A stretch of DNA of 37,240 nucleotides from Sphaeroforma arctica JP610. Lineage: Eukaryota. This document shows, one piece after another, positions 12,025 through 24,800 of this stretch (position 1 is the first letter of the stretch; each line of letters starts with the position of its first letter). Made by a program: the position numbers and the translations under genes. Location of the stretch: the NCBI RefSeq assembly GCF_001186125.1, contig NW_014040223.1:14091-51330 (forward strand). The letters run 5' to 3'. Under the pieces are notes generated by a model, which saw only the letters and a list, made by a program, of their open reading frames with translations, ran no database searches and was not told the DNA's origin.

Positions 12025-12995
12025 GAAAATGTATACATGTATGTAAATAGAAATATATTTATATATATATATACGTATATAAATATATGTACGTATATAT
12101 TTATATATGAACGTGTATATATATATATATATATGCGTGTGGGTATGGGTATGTACATGTAAGTATATATTTTTAGCAATTGAGACAGTATCTGTAATTG
12201 GCCTCGGGAGAAATTTTTCACTGCTCCAATATTGAACAAGCAGACCGATTCAATGCACCGACTAGAATTTTATCTATAGATCATATATAGAATTGTAAGA
12301 CCTGATGAAGGTGTATGATGTTGGTGTTTTATGATTCTTTGGTGCTTCGGTGTGCGCTTACGCTGAGAGAGCAAATGCAAGTGCATGCACGCATATACAA
12401 CTTTATATACTATTTATATATAGAGTATACGCGTATGTCTGTATAGGTTGGAGCGTACTATCAATAGTTGTGTTTAAAGGGCTGTGAAATGACACTTTCA
12501 ATTCGATCATCTCTTCTGGAGCAACAGTGTAGCGTATGATACATTTCAGGCATTTGTATAAGAGCCAGGTCCATCAATCTCTAACCTAAACACCGAGTGT
12601 CTACCTCTAGCATAAATTTATTTCAAGAACATGTCGGTTACGATCGCCACAATAACTCCTAGTGCATGTAGTGAGTGCATTTTTGGACAGGTTTCTTTGC
12701 TATCTCGGGAGGGTTCACGTTCGGGAAGGCTATTGTGCTGGTTAGATACCGTCTACAACAGCATTATATTTGTGGTTATAAGCATATTTATATTGAGCGC
12801 AGCCTTTCTCTCAAGCATTCCAAAGGCTAACTTGTGCGAAGGTGTTCCATATATATATATATAGTCTCACGCTAAACAATCATTGATATTTTTTCATAGG
12901 TTGGCATCACCGACGGTTTCGTACGCGTGTCTTGCGGCATCGAAGATACAGAGGATCTAATTCGTGCACTCAAGGTTGCCCTGGATAATCTATAA
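6210..12995 (+). CDS. Cys/Met metabolism PLP-dependent enzyme (cystathionine gamma-lyase / gamma-synthase family), 9 exons, 402 aa
   Basis: Exons 6210-6282, 7099-7148, 8028-8192, 9181-9329, 9891-10119, 10488-10676, 11226-11340, 11658-11800 and 12900-12995 are all GT-AG with compatible phases and total 1209 nt. Motifs: [59 protein letters not shown] (PLP Lys at 10087-10089), [27 protein letters not shown]. Confidence 0.95.
6420..6840. repeat. Intronic compound microsatellite (TATG)n-(TA)n-(CA)n with gap N 6695-6714
   Basis: Directly visible in intron 1 of the PLP enzyme gene. Confidence 0.95.
8700..9205 (+). repeat. Degenerate ~60 bp tandem repeat whose last unit contains the exon-4 splice acceptor
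   Basis: Units resembling tacaggttatgaccgcattcatgcgc occur at ~8701, 8761, 8822, 8941, 9001, 9057, 9115 and 9176. Confidence 0.75.
11820..12165. repeat. Intronic (TA)n/(TATG)n microsatellite
   Basis: Directly visible in intron 8. Confidence 0.95.
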
Positions 12996-14214
12996 ATAGA
13001 ATAACCAGTGCTTGACAGAATTGAACACGGCAATTTCAATCGGAATTTGTATTTTGGTGGAAATAATTTAGTTTTTGGAAATAAACCCGATCCATATAGC
13101 AGTTATGAGCGAGATCCGAAGCCCGGATAAATAGTGTAATTCAAATTTACCATGAATGACGGAACCCCTCACTGAACCCTCTCGCACAAGAGGCACACAA
13201 TCTAGTGTGATATGCAATCTTCATGTACTTTTTTTCTTTGCGTGTACATGAGAGTCATATTGTGAGCGTACAGATACTGAATACAGAAATATGCCATGCT
13301 ATAGCAGACGATTTGGTGGGGCACACTAATGTATAATGTATACTGCACATACGCTGAATATTCGGGCATAAACAATAGCTATGAATCGAAAAACTTCATT
13401 TAGAGCTCAGCAAAGGACCAGCACACGCGCATAAGATTACTCAATGTTATCATTACGAGTAATAAGCTTATAGAAATGTTAAATACCATGATGCAACCAG
13501 GTATGCAGACACGCATATGAATTAGGCAAGACTTGGATAGTACCAGATTTTGTTCTAGAGCCTACAAGTCGTTTTATTATCAGCTTTGTTCGCTTTGTAT
13601 GCAGCTGCTAGTATGTACTAAATATCACGGCAACCCGTGAGAAACACTGGTAGGGAGGAGCGTTGATAGATTCATCGAGGTATAAATCCAAAGACACGCT
13701 ATGAAGCTATTGTAAGTGAACAGCCAGCTGTAATACAGAATCCATTAATCGGGGACAGAGCATAGTACGTGCAACGACCAAACAACCAATGACTCTTGGC
13801 CTGTTCTTGCAGATAGCGTGTGCGGTTTGCATGACTGTGAATGCTTATTCGCACACAATCGATGTATGTTGTTGGAGGTTGCGTTTGCGGATAGTCTGCC
13901 TGTTAAGACTGTTCCTCGGTTTACACTTGGCCGTTCGTATGGTGTGATGTGGTGTGGTGTCGATCAAAGCATTGCCCACGTTACCAGCATCATTCATTTA
14001 ACTTCTATACGCGCGCACAATCACCAGCTTGCAATATACTTTGATGCAAACAGCCACACGCGTCATAGTCCGACTCCAGTTGCCAACTAAAAGGCTGGAA
14101 ATTGTCGGTGGAAGACTATGCAAACCATTCTCGAGTGAAGCACCGATTACTGGTCTCTACAGGATGTAGCTGTACTCTCCGATCCCGTGCGAATAAAAGG
14201 TGTCACGTGTTCAT

Positions 14215-17200
14215 TCAACTGTCAACCTGGTCCACAATGGCCGCTTGATCTCCAGCGATTAACCTCCGCGCCTTCCACAACTCTTCCGTAAGCGTCAGCC
14301 CCTCCGCAGACGTAGCATCCTCGCGTTCGTATTCATTTTCATTCGCAACCAGCCACGCGCGCAAATCAGCGCCATCCACAACAATCCAGCATCCTCCATA
14401 CTTAGCTGCCCGGATAGGGGGTTCTAACTCACGCAAAAACTGGATCACCGCCGGCCCTACTACTACCACGCCTTTATGCTCGGGGTCGGCACCTGCGTTA
14501 CCGATAAGTCGCTCATCGCCGCCTAGGTTACTAATAGAGAGGTTGCCTCTGTCTGCGTCCTTAATCGAACGCTTACCTCTGCCCACGTTTAGCTTGGAGA
14601 ACCAAGCCGACACTCGCTCTCGTTCGTGTGCTGCAGTGGCACGCCATCGGGTCTGACATAAACGTAAGGCGCGTCTCACGGCCGCTCGCGCCATAGCCTG
14701 AGAGTGGTTGTGCAAATCAACAGTACCAGTCACAGCCCACGACAGCCAACACCTCTGTATCTTATCCACATCCTGAATCATATTGTCGTACAGAACATCT
14801 GCCAGTTTGGCTGTCTGCGCAATACCACTCAGCGCCACTATAGCCACCCCGTACCAGCTGTCGGTCTTACTCAGACCGCTGAGGTGGCTCTCCACGAGCA
14901 TGTCCACCAAAAGCTCCGGTTGATTACCCACCTCACACGCCTTTACGACAGTATTGTACGTGGCCGCATTCGGCTTTAGCTGCCTGCTTGCACACTCTCG
15001 CAGGAGCTCAAGGGACTTCGCCCAGTCACCCTCCACCGCATACCCATACATCGCCGCGTTATAGCACTCGATTCTCAGCACAGGCATTCGTTTCTCTGCC
15101 ACCCGCAGCAGGGTAAGGCCCTCTTCCTTCCGCCCGGCGCGTGCATGGGCCATGATCAGCTGACTGTAATAGTCCAGGTGCCAATTCAACCCCGTCTCTG
15201 CCGCGGCTGTCTCCATCTCAGCCCACAATCCGAGGGCAGTGGTCAACTCTCCCGCATGCGCACACGCCGCTAACGCTGGCCCATACTCTGACTTCCCTGG
15301 CGCTAAGTTCTTCGCCTGCATCTCTCTCAGTAGGTCCACAGCGGCCTCCCACTTCCTGCCCCTCTCGCACGCGGATATGGCACTGCCATATGCGGCGCGG
15401 CTGGGTTCGATACCAACGGATCGCATCTCTCTGAGTAGTCCCACACACTCGTGGCTTACCTTGTCCAGAGCAAGCGCCTTCATCACATTCGTATAACAGA
15501 AGTCGTCTGGCTGCATCTCACCCCCGCTTTGCATGGTTCTGAGCAGGCTCAGCGCAAACATGTGGCCCCCGTACTGTCCACACATCTCGAATACCATGTG
15601 GTAGTCCCTCAGTCGGTTGTGTGTCTGTGGCATTTCCTGCAATAGCTCATGGGCGAGTTCCAACTCGTAATTCTGTCCGCATGCGGCAATCACCGCCGCA
15701 TACATGGTCACGTCTGGCTTGATCCCCTCCTCCGGGAGGTCTCGCAGAATAGCCAAACCTTCTTGAGACTCTCTGGCACGTGCACAAGCCTTTAGTACCT
15801 GCTGATACATATACCCTCGGTCTTCTAACCCCCCTACAGAAGCCCTGTGAGCAAGACGCTTCGCCGTCTCCCATTTGCCGTCCGCCACACACGCCTTCGC
15901 AGCATGGCGGTAGGACGCCGCGGTTGGCGCGATGTTGTTGCACTGCATCTCACGCAGGAGATCAACGCACATATCCACTTCGTTGTCGCACGCCAAGACA
16001 TTCAGGGTAGCATTGAACACGGCGACATGAGGTACCAGACCGACGCGCTGGAAATCGCGACACATGTCCAAAGCCAGCATAGACCGGTCACTCCCACAGA
16101 AGGCATGGATGGCACTCTCGTATATCTTGACCAGGCCTAAGTAGTCAGGACGTGCCTCTGCTTCCAGTGCTTCTTTGATGATGGTTTTGGCCAGATCCAC
16201 CTGTCCTCCGCGCACACATGCAGATACCACACCCCGATAGGCGGACACATCCGGGGACATCCCTGCCTTCGAGCGCATTGTGTGCAAGTGCTTCACGGCC
16301 AGTTGCCACTCCCCCTCTCGCGCGCAGAGATAGATATGCCTGTTAAGTGATAGAAAGTTCCTTGGGTTTTTACTTAGAAGCGCCAATCGCGGCTCTGGTG
16401 CTTCGGATGTCCAGCGTTCACTCGTAACGATTTCATAGTAGTGTCTAGCGACCGGTGGCAAGCCCAGTACTTCCATATCGTAGAGCACATTGAGGCCAAG
16501 ATGATGCTTTTCCAGCCTAATGCTAAAGTATACGCACTTCTCCAGCGCAATAGGGGTAGGCGGTAGTCCCTTGAGTTGCATTTCCGCCAGCAAACGGAAT
16601 ACTTCCTGATTGTCAGATTTTTTAATAAGATTGTCGTACGTTTGCGCATCCTCCATATTCGATGGCTTTAGAGTAAGTATCCTGCCTTGGAGGCCCTTAT
16701 CCATCTTCTCATGACTGAAAATTCGGAAAGACTCCGCGTCTAACCGTACACCAGAATCCGACATTTCCAAAGCCAACTCGTTAGTCAATCCATAGTTCTG
16801 ATGTCGTATACACGCCGATATCAATGTATTATACGCTGCCGTGGTAACGGGCACAGAGAGAACACTCTGTATGTGACGCAGGAGACTCAACGCCAATCCA
16901 AGCTCACCCGCATGCGCACAGCTGTGTATGACGTTGTATAAAATTCGGGTGGTGACTGGCACATTGTCCTTCTGCATATCCCGTAACAGGCCCAACGCGG
17001 TCAGGTGATTCTCCTCCTTGGCACAGTCCGCTATCAAGGCACTATACACTCCAACATCGGGCGACAGACGGCCCTTCCTCGTTTGCAGGATATGTAGGTA
17101 CCTGTACGCCTCTTTAAACTCACCTGCTCTGGCACAACTGGCTATCACACCCTTGTACGTAATCAGATCCGGTGTCAGACCACTCTCCTGCATGATCCTT

Positions 17201-19374
17201 AAGAACCTCACGGCTTCGACTCCAGCACGTCCACGCGCACACGCTTTGATCACGGTGTTGTACGTGACTGTGTCTGGCCGTATATCACGCGCCAGCATCT
17301 CCTCAACGAGGGACTCGGCCTTGACCCATCTCCCGCCCGTGCTATACGCGGCTATCCGTGTGTTGTACATAATCACGTCGGCACAAACCCCATCCTCCCG
17401 CATAGCTTGCAGCAAGTTGTCGGCCTCGGCCTCGCCGCCGTACTGGAACACCCCGGGAATCAATGCATTGTATGTTGCAGTATTGGGAGGGCTGCCCATG
17501 GCCCTCATCTCGTCGAGCAGGTCTACGCCCACACGCCAGGTCCATTTCTTATTCACACTCATGCACACCTTGATAAGTGTGTTGTACGCCAGCGTGTCCA
17601 CAGCCACACCTTTAGCCTGCATGGCGCGGAACATCTCCAGGGCTTCCGTCCAGCCTCGTTGCCCTTTGGCACCCGTGGCTCTCATAGCGCTGGTGAACAG
17701 GACCGCATTGGGTTCTATACCCGCCTTGTGCATATCCTCCAACACCTTAGCAGCGACCATAGGTGCATCGCCCACCGCACACGCCTTCAAGACAGAGCTG
17801 TAGGTGTACACATCCGGCGGCACTCCCTTGGCCTGCATCTCTCTCAGCACCGATACAGACCCTTCCCACTTGCCCGTGCGAGCATAGCCACCCAGAAGCA
17901 CCCCATAGGTCTGCTGTGTAGGCGTAACTCCGCTGGTGTGCATGGCTCTGAGCACAGTCAGGCCATAATCGTACCGGCCGCCCTTGACACACGCCGAGAC
18001 CACACTCGCATACGCACTGATGTCCAGCGGCAGACGGTACTTCTGCGCATCTCCGAACACTTGCAGCGCCCCCTGCCACAGGCCCTTTTTGTCGTAATGT
18101 GCCGCAAGCCGCCGGTATAGGTGTAGCACACTCTCACTGGCACGAGCGTCTAACGGTATGTTCAAGCTACGCATCTGCTTCAGAACGCCTTCAAGGGACT
18201 TTATATCGGTGAGTTCCGAGTTCGCTATGGCCCCGTCAAACCCGCGATAACTCCTGACCACGTTGTTGTAGGTGTGTGTGTCGGTGCTCATCCCTTTCGT
18301 ATTCATGGCTGCTAACACTTCCAGCGCCCTTCGGAAGTCGCCCCTCTGCGCACAACTCTGAATGGTTTGGCTGTGTAAGCACCACACCTCCGAGCCACTC
18401 TGTGAGTCTACCGGCTTAATATACTCCGGTTGGCGTGCCGGTGCACGCTCCAGAGAAACCTTTCGAGTATCATTGCTTTGCTTGGTGATATCTGGTGAGG
18501 TTTCCTTCCGAGATTTAGGCCGAGATACTTGTGAACCCATTATGCCTTTACTGACATATGTACTGGTTTTCCTTTTCGACAGAGTTGGGTCCATAGCTTG
18601 CCTATGATCAGTCGTTGACCTTTGTTCTTTCGTTCGTATGCATGTCGCATCCCTGGCAACGCCAGTTTGATAAGTTTCTGTCGTGCGTGGTGTTTGATTG
18701 ATTTGCCTGGACCGGTCAGAGTTTGTTGAGTGTGATACCATATCGGATTGCCTCGAACTTTTAATCCTACCCATTATATCCAATACCACTTTTGGTTCAC
18801 TGCCATTGTCCGACAAAGCGCCCCTGTCCTCCAACTTCTCTGTCAAACTTGCATTGCCAGCACCTCTCCTGCTTCCCATGTATATTTCTTTGTCTGTAGC
18901 GGTCGCATCAAACTTATTAGAAGGCTTGGTCACGCGTGTGGATGGACTGGTATCTACCTGGACAAATTCTTTTATTTTGCTCAGTCTATCCATGATATTA
19001 TCAGACTCGATCTCTAAGAGGGCATCGTTTCTTTCCGACACCCTATCTACATACACAGCTCTAACACTCTCACTCCCCCTCATTCTATTATCTCTCATTG
19101 CGTTGTGTTTGAATGATGTTCCATTACTTTGCGTGGTTAATTTCATCCGAATAGCTCGTGCCACGCCATCCTGTGTTGTGCGTACAGATGAATACATTCC
19201 CCCTTGTTTCTGTTTTGACGCATTCATAAGCTGTGCCGATCCGCCGAGTGCCTTACTGGAGATTCTCCTGAGACAGGTGACTGTGCATGCACCTGCAAAG
19301 CTCGGATTGCACACTGGCCATCCCCACTGCATGTTCGCAGCATATGAGCTGCCTGCGTGCCTTAATCTACTCAT
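14215..19374 (-). CDS. P-class pentatricopeptide repeat protein with a C-terminal Smr/MutS2-like domain (PPR-SMR), intronless, 1719 aa
   Basis: Single 5160-nt ORF with an in-frame stop just upstream of the ATG. It has a long array of 35-aa motifs (e.g. PDVYTYSSVLKACA, PNTATYNALI, PDTVTYNTVIKACARG, PDVTMYAAVIAACG) and a C-terminal VDLHNHSQAMARAAV...LNVGRGKRS...AVIQFLRE...GCWIVVDGADLRAWL. The ~330 aa N-terminus is low complexity. Confidence 0.93.
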   Translation of the reverse strand: MSRLRHAGSSYAANMQWGWPVCNPSFAGACTVTCLRRISSKALGGSAQLMNASKQKQGGMYSSVRTTQDGVARAIRMKLTTQSNGTSFKHNAMRDNRMRGSESVRAVYVDRVSERNDALLEIESDNIMDRLSKIKEFVQVDTSPSTRVTKPSNKFDATATDKEIYMGSRRGAGNASLTEKLEDRGALSDNGSEPKVVLDIMGRIKSSRQSDMVSHSTNSDRSRQINQTPRTTETYQTGVARDATCIRTKEQRSTTDHRQAMDPTLSKRKTSTYVSKGIMGSQVSRPKSRKETSPDITKQSNDTRKVSLERAPARQPEYIKPVDSQSGSEVWCLHSQTIQSCAQRGDFRRALEVLAAMNTKGMSTDTHTYNNVVRSYRGFDGAIANSELTDIKSLEGVLKQMRSLNIPLDARASESVLHLYRRLAAHYDKKGLWQGALQVFGDAQKYRLPLDISAYASVVSACVKGGRYDYGLTVLRAMHTSGVTPTQQTYGVLLGGYARTGKWEGSVSVLREMQAKGVPPDVYTYSSVLKACAVGDAPMVAAKVLEDMHKAGIEPNAVLFTSAMRATGAKGQRGWTEALEMFRAMQAKGVAVDTLAYNTLIKVCMSVNKKWTWRVGVDLLDEMRAMGSPPNTATYNALIPGVFQYGGEAEADNLLQAMREDGVCADVIMYNTRIAAYSTGGRWVKAESLVEEMLARDIRPDTVTYNTVIKACARGRAGVEAVRFLRIMQESGLTPDLITYKGVIASCARAGEFKEAYRYLHILQTRKGRLSPDVGVYSALIADCAKEENHLTALGLLRDMQKDNVPVTTRILYNVIHSCAHAGELGLALSLLRHIQSVLSVPVTTAAYNTLISACIRHQNYGLTNELALEMSDSGVRLDAESFRIFSHEKMDKGLQGRILTLKPSNMEDAQTYDNLIKKSDNQEVFRLLAEMQLKGLPPTPIALEKCVYFSIRLEKHHLGLNVLYDMEVLGLPPVARHYYEIVTSERWTSEAPEPRLALLSKNPRNFLSLNRHIYLCAREGEWQLAVKHLHTMRSKAGMSPDVSAYRGVVSACVRGGQVDLAKTIIKEALEAEARPDYLGLVKIYESAIHAFCGSDRSMLALDMCRDFQRVGLVPHVAVFNATLNVLACDNEVDMCVDLLREMQCNNIAPTAASYRHAAKACVADGKWETAKRLAHRASVGGLEDRGYMYQQVLKACARARESQEGLAILRDLPEEGIKPDVTMYAAVIAACGQNYELELAHELLQEMPQTHNRLRDYHMVFEMCGQYGGHMFALSLLRTMQSGGEMQPDDFCYTNVMKALALDKVSHECVGLLREMRSVGIEPSRAAYGSAISACERGRKWEAAVDLLREMQAKNLAPGKSEYGPALAACAHAGELTTALGLWAEMETAAAETGLNWHLDYYSQLIMAHARAGRKEEGLTLLRVAEKRMPVLRIECYNAAMYGYAVEGDWAKSLELLRECASRQLKPNAATYNTVVKACEVGNQPELLVDMLVESHLSGLSKTDSWYGVAIVALSGIAQTAKLADVLYDNMIQDVDKIQRCWLSWAVTGTVDLHNHSQAMARAAVRRALRLCQTRWRATAAHERERVSAWFSKLNVGRGKRSIKDADRGNLSISNLGGDERLIGNAGADPEHKGVVVVGPAVIQFLRELEPPIRAAKYGGCWIVVDGADLRAWLVANENEYEREDATSAEGLTLTEELWKARRLIAGDQAAIVDQVDS

Positions 19375-21337
19375 ATTGTTCAGCTATGGTCTTGGTATAG
19401 GGTACGATTTCGCACCTGTCACAAGGCGGATCCTCGACCGATGCTTTGTGTGTGGCAATACAATGATGGGAGACAGTGTATATATCCTCTGAAGGGTCAC
19501 CGTCTCACCGATGTTAAAACTAACAGTCTGAAGCAACAGCTCATTAGCTCGGCCGGCCTATATTTATTATTCGTTTATACATTTATATATATTGTATCAG
19601 CATGTATGTAATATAAATATATAGATACGCCGCCTTGTGCAGTGAATAGGTGTAAATATACATACAATAAGGGGGTTTTCTAATTTTGGGTGTGAAGTTG
19701 TGAACAGTGACACTGTGAAAGCAAACTATGAAATGTGATGAGTGACGAGTGACTGGTCTGTGAAGCGCCCAGTGTCAGTTAACCTCATATCGTTGTATTT
19801 TTAAATTGCAAAACGTATATTTACTTCCTTTTCAGTGTCCCGTTTATATTAGGAGGGCCATACTCCAGGTCAGACAATAGATATATACACACCAGATTTT
19901 TGTCCTGTTATCAAAAATCGAGACCAAACTTTTAAGAATAGGTGCACTTTTCAGGTTACAATATACAGGTCAAAATATACTAAAATACGTTGCAACGCTA
20001 AGATATAAATAATCCGTTAAACGTTGAAAGTCAACTTTTATATATTTATTACATGACACCAAAAGTTATGACCGTGTGACCCCGGTTGTCCCGTTTTTTT
20101 TGTTTATTTATACACATATATATGCGACTTTTTGTTTTTATTTAGTTTTATATATATATATCATAGCCTTCAGAATCATACAAAATGTTCAAAATAATTG
20201 TGAGGAGTGAAGAGGGAGTCGTCCCCCTCCCGGTTGTCAACACAAGAAAACAATATCCAATCGAAAATCACTCTCAATAGAGGACGCCGACTCGCCGGTC
20301 GGCAAAGTGGCAAAGTGCCGACTCGGCACTGTGGGCAGTCGTCACTTTTCACTTTTGACTTTGTGCGTGCACACTGCACGCACACAAGAAGAAGGAGTTA
20401 GTAACTATTTACATACTGATAACTGATGACTGATGAGTGATGACTCGGCAATTCGGCACCCGGCAAAGAGCAAGCTCTGCGAAGTTGATATTTGTGCTTT
20501 GTGGAATTCCGCAACAGTGATTCGCAACTGATAACAGTGAAGTGTAAACAGATAAGCAGATTGTCAGATTGAGATGGATGTGAAATGTGAATATCATAAA
20601 ATAAATATTCTACAGGGAACCTTGAAGAATACTATTTGCGGCTATTTTTATGTATCACTATGTCCATCTTTTTAATTCTTTGACGTGTACGACAGGTGAA
20701 ATTGCTTGCCCCAAAGATTAGTCATGCCAGACTATTCTTGTCTATTTACTTCATATAAGCTTAATAAATCAGTTCAGGTTCTAATATTGAGAGTTGCTGT
20801 CTGTCATCGTGCCTTATACAGGAATACAACTTCTCTCTGTGGGAGAATTCTTTCTTTGTGCGATTCTATAGTAAGCTACTTTCTCATGATATTATGACTG
20901 GTTCGCTGGAGTAGAGTCCGTCCCACAACAAAGTGAGTGGCCAACGTTGTATTTTGAAGGATATTGTGTAAAAGATGCAGCTAGTACGTATTCTGTGCAT
21001 TTAGTACGTATTCTGTGCATCATGTGGTAAATACGAGATAATATTTTTGGTTGGAGAAACAGTGCCAAGAAGGTGGCATTAATGACATGCTATATCGCAG
21101 AAAAAGTTGATTTTCTGTGCTGCACCCGCATAAATTCGCACTCAGTCGCTGCGTGCTTATTGGCATTCCTCATGAGAGTTGACCCTGTGCCATTGTGTCA
21201 TGCTATGGATATAGTGGGGATGCAAAACCAATATATACAATAGATGGCCGCAAAATAGTAGAGAGCCTACTGCCCTGATGTTAGATGTATCAGCTTACAT
21301 ACAATACGATCTCAAATATAATATTTATTTTCTGTAG

Positions 21338-21788
21338 GAAAAGAGTTTATCCATCCATCGAGCGGCACAAAATGGCGATACGGCACGACTGAAGAGGATT
21401 TTGAGTGAAGGCATAGATGTTAATCTTCGAACTCATGATAGATCGGTGTGTTGCAAGATTATAAACTGAGATCTATACTCGAATATGTTATTGGCAGCAA
21501 CACGTGTGTGTGGAACGCTCTAAATTTACGGATAGAAAATTTGCGAACACAGGCTGTGTACATATTTCAATAACATGTCCGTGCATAGGTTTGTGTGTAT
21601 GTGCTATACGCTAAACTCGAGCTTGATGCATTCTCGGGAATAGAAAAACGTGTCTAGTATATGTATTCGTGTTACCGAGTTTGATTATAGATCATTACAC
21701 ACTCACACACACACTCTCTCTTTCTCTCTCACAAATACACGCGCACCATCACACACAAACACACACGCACACAATCACATACACACAT

Positions 21789-21836
<48 letters not shown>

Positions 21837-24800
21837 CGTATTGAAATATGTCTACAATCTGTTCTGAACTAATAGTGACCAAGTGTGCTTCGGCTATTTT
21901 TGATGATTTTAACTACCATTCTATTTTTGGGGCTAATACTCAGTGTCTATTGGTGGCGCTTGTCTATAATGAGTATGACTCTCATTTGGTATTGATCTTC
22001 CCTTCACGCATTTACTTGCCAAGAAGCTATTGATCTTCCCTTCACGTATTTACATGCAAATATATATATATATATAATCCACATTCCGTTGCATGTTTTG
22101 TTTCTTCCACCAATAGTTTTTTGCAGATTCAACACCTTTGCATGTCGCTTCTAGCGCTGGCAATATCAATAGCGTTGATCTATTATTGGTAAATGGTGCG
22201 GATGCTTCGCAGACGGACTCTGTAAGTTTCTGCCAGTGAGCATCAATAAAAAAACACAAAACCTATATATATACGCACACACACACACACATTTATATAT
22301 AGATATGTGTTTGCACTTCACTAGATAGAGCTTACGTATAATTTTACACGAATCGACATTCATTTCGTTTTGCTCTCTGGGTGTCTCTGTGTCTGTGTTG
22401 TGTGTACCAAAATAATTTTTGGGCAGCCTGTGTAAATTTGCTATAGCAATTATACAAAAATGAAACATCACGGAGATACCAATTGTCCAACTATCTGTGA
22501 TATATTGTGTTTAAAAAGACTCCATATTAGGCGGCGAATGACAGCAGATGCTCTGAATATACCCAGCTCAAGCATCTGGCGTTCTCGCTGAATCTTTCAT
22601 GGAAGTGTTGAAACTCGGGGGTTAGTATGTTCTTGTGTACGTGTTACTCCATTGCACATGTTAAGTTATTCCTTTTTCTTCTTTCGCACAGTGTGGTCGC
22701 ACAGCGTTGCAGTAAGCTCAGCTGTGGAACAGATCTCAGGTGGTGAAATGGCTCGAGCTGCACCTTAAGGCGACGAGCAAGGTATATGAGCCGTTTGCGT
22801 TCAATTGCATCCGTTTATACTCGTCGCTCTGTGTCTCATTCAGTTTGCTGACTAAACGGCACATTTGTGTTGTTTTTCGTGTAAGATGTATGTGCATACG
22901 TATGATATGGCGAGTGTTCTGTTAGAAGTGTTTGTAACTGTGTGTCTACTACTAGAAATCACCAATCTCTCCTCTTCACTGCATCTGATCAAGAATCCGT
23001 ACGGCATATAGTTCATATTGTTGATAAGAATACGTACTGGTGTACTTCATATATACCTGTCATTTTGAGCCCTCATTTTATAATATATACCTCGTATATC
23101 ACATTGCATCCTACGATGTTTACTTATCTTGTACACGCTCATAAATATCGAGGCTGATGTATATACATTTCAACTTTAACATAGTGAGATGGCTGACCAA
23201 CACTTATCGCAGGAGACGAACAAAACTCGTCGAACGAATGCGGATGGAAGAGAGTGCACAGTAAACTATAATACTGTGGAACCTCCACCCATCACGAGGA
23301 AGTGCCCGTGCCGAGTCGACAGATGGCCGAAACAGTCAAAAGGATACCTGGCGGAAACTATCACAAGGGACTCCTGACCATACAGCAGAGTTGTGGCATA
23401 AGCGCATGCAGCAGTGATACGGCGTTGGACATGCACGTGACGAATACACTAAACAGCTTCAAGCTGATTGGTTGGGGTTTACAGGGAACGAGTGAGAACT
23501 ACCATATCCACTATCCCGAGAGCAGGAGCGCAACGTCTGGTGGGAACTTGTGTGCGAGTGTAAGTGGTGATTGGAAATCCGATTTGAAAAGGACCCTGAC
23601 ATCTCTGGCATACAGGGGTGTGAGCCTGGCAACCAAACCTCTTACCAACAAGCGTCTTAATGAATCAACCATTCGCACAATACCACCTCACGCACAACCA
23701 GATTTACAGGGTTCTAAGCCCGACTCAGAGGTACAGGTTTGTCCACAAGGCGATAAATTCCCAGATGCCTTAGAGGGATTCGGTGAGAAGTCGGCGCGGG
23801 TTGTCATGACAACAACTATGGATACGAACACGGTTGGGAAACCACCACTGGGAGATGGAATCCTGTACACATTCAAAGCAACACTCGAAGCTCACTCCCC
23901 GGGGATATAGGTAGTTCTATAAATAGCTCTGTAAGATACAGGAACACATCTCGGAAATGGAAAGGGAACAAAGAAGTTCGCATTCACACCTTCGGCGGGT
24001 TGAGTGCGTGTCAACCCAGCGAGTTGAAAAGTGTGCCGGACAATTTTACATTCACGCAAATGACGGAGACAACCAGTAAATCCAATGATAAGAGTGTTGT
24101 TGATGAACGCCGGAATGCACTAACATCAGCGACTGGACAAACTGGTTCGGTTAGCTCAACTTCCACGCTGTCTGGTTTAAAAGTCTCAGAATGTACCAAT
24201 GCTCGCCCGCCCTCGCAGGCGCAAAGAGACACACATAAGGTACCCGGGGCAAGTACGACGAATACTACAGCTTCCGCTGACAAAGAAGCACTAATCATCG
24301 CAGCTGCACAAGAAGGATGCAAGAAGCAGGCGCGTTTAGGTTCAGGTATACATCAACCCTCCGCACTCATTTTGGTACGCAGCGAGCCTTCAGATCCATA
24401 GTCACACCCACAGCCAGGCCATGCGCTATACCTACTTCGAAGTCTAGATACAACTGACAATGTGCAAGTACCACGAACGCCAGAGGTATGTACAGGCACT
24501 GTGCCTGCGGCAGCGAGGGTAAGTGCTACAGAGGGGGACATCCATACATCGCTTCAGAGGATTTCACCGGCATACACCCGGAGGATACTGTGCAGCGCAG
24601 ATGATTCTGATGGGTTTAGCAGTGACCTTAGCCACGCGAGTTCTGACGATGCGTTTGACTTTGTTTTAGGTAGGGCTGGGAATGTTTCAGCCAGCCACGC
24701 AGGTCCTGGACCGGGAAGGGTCATGGTCTCAGGCGGACGAGACACATGCACAAAGGTATCGGTCATAGACAGGAACGAGCACATCACAGGACTTGGGTTG

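Noticed and set aside
17018..19492. Long plus-strand ORFs (261, 237, 264 aa)
   Set aside because: They are antisense shadows of the PPR ORF with no recognisable motifs.
20981..22055. Short direct duplications (20 bp at 20981-21020; ~38 bp period at ~21990-22055; similar at ~34345-34415)
   Set aside because: These are simple local tandem duplications with no TIR or LTR structure.
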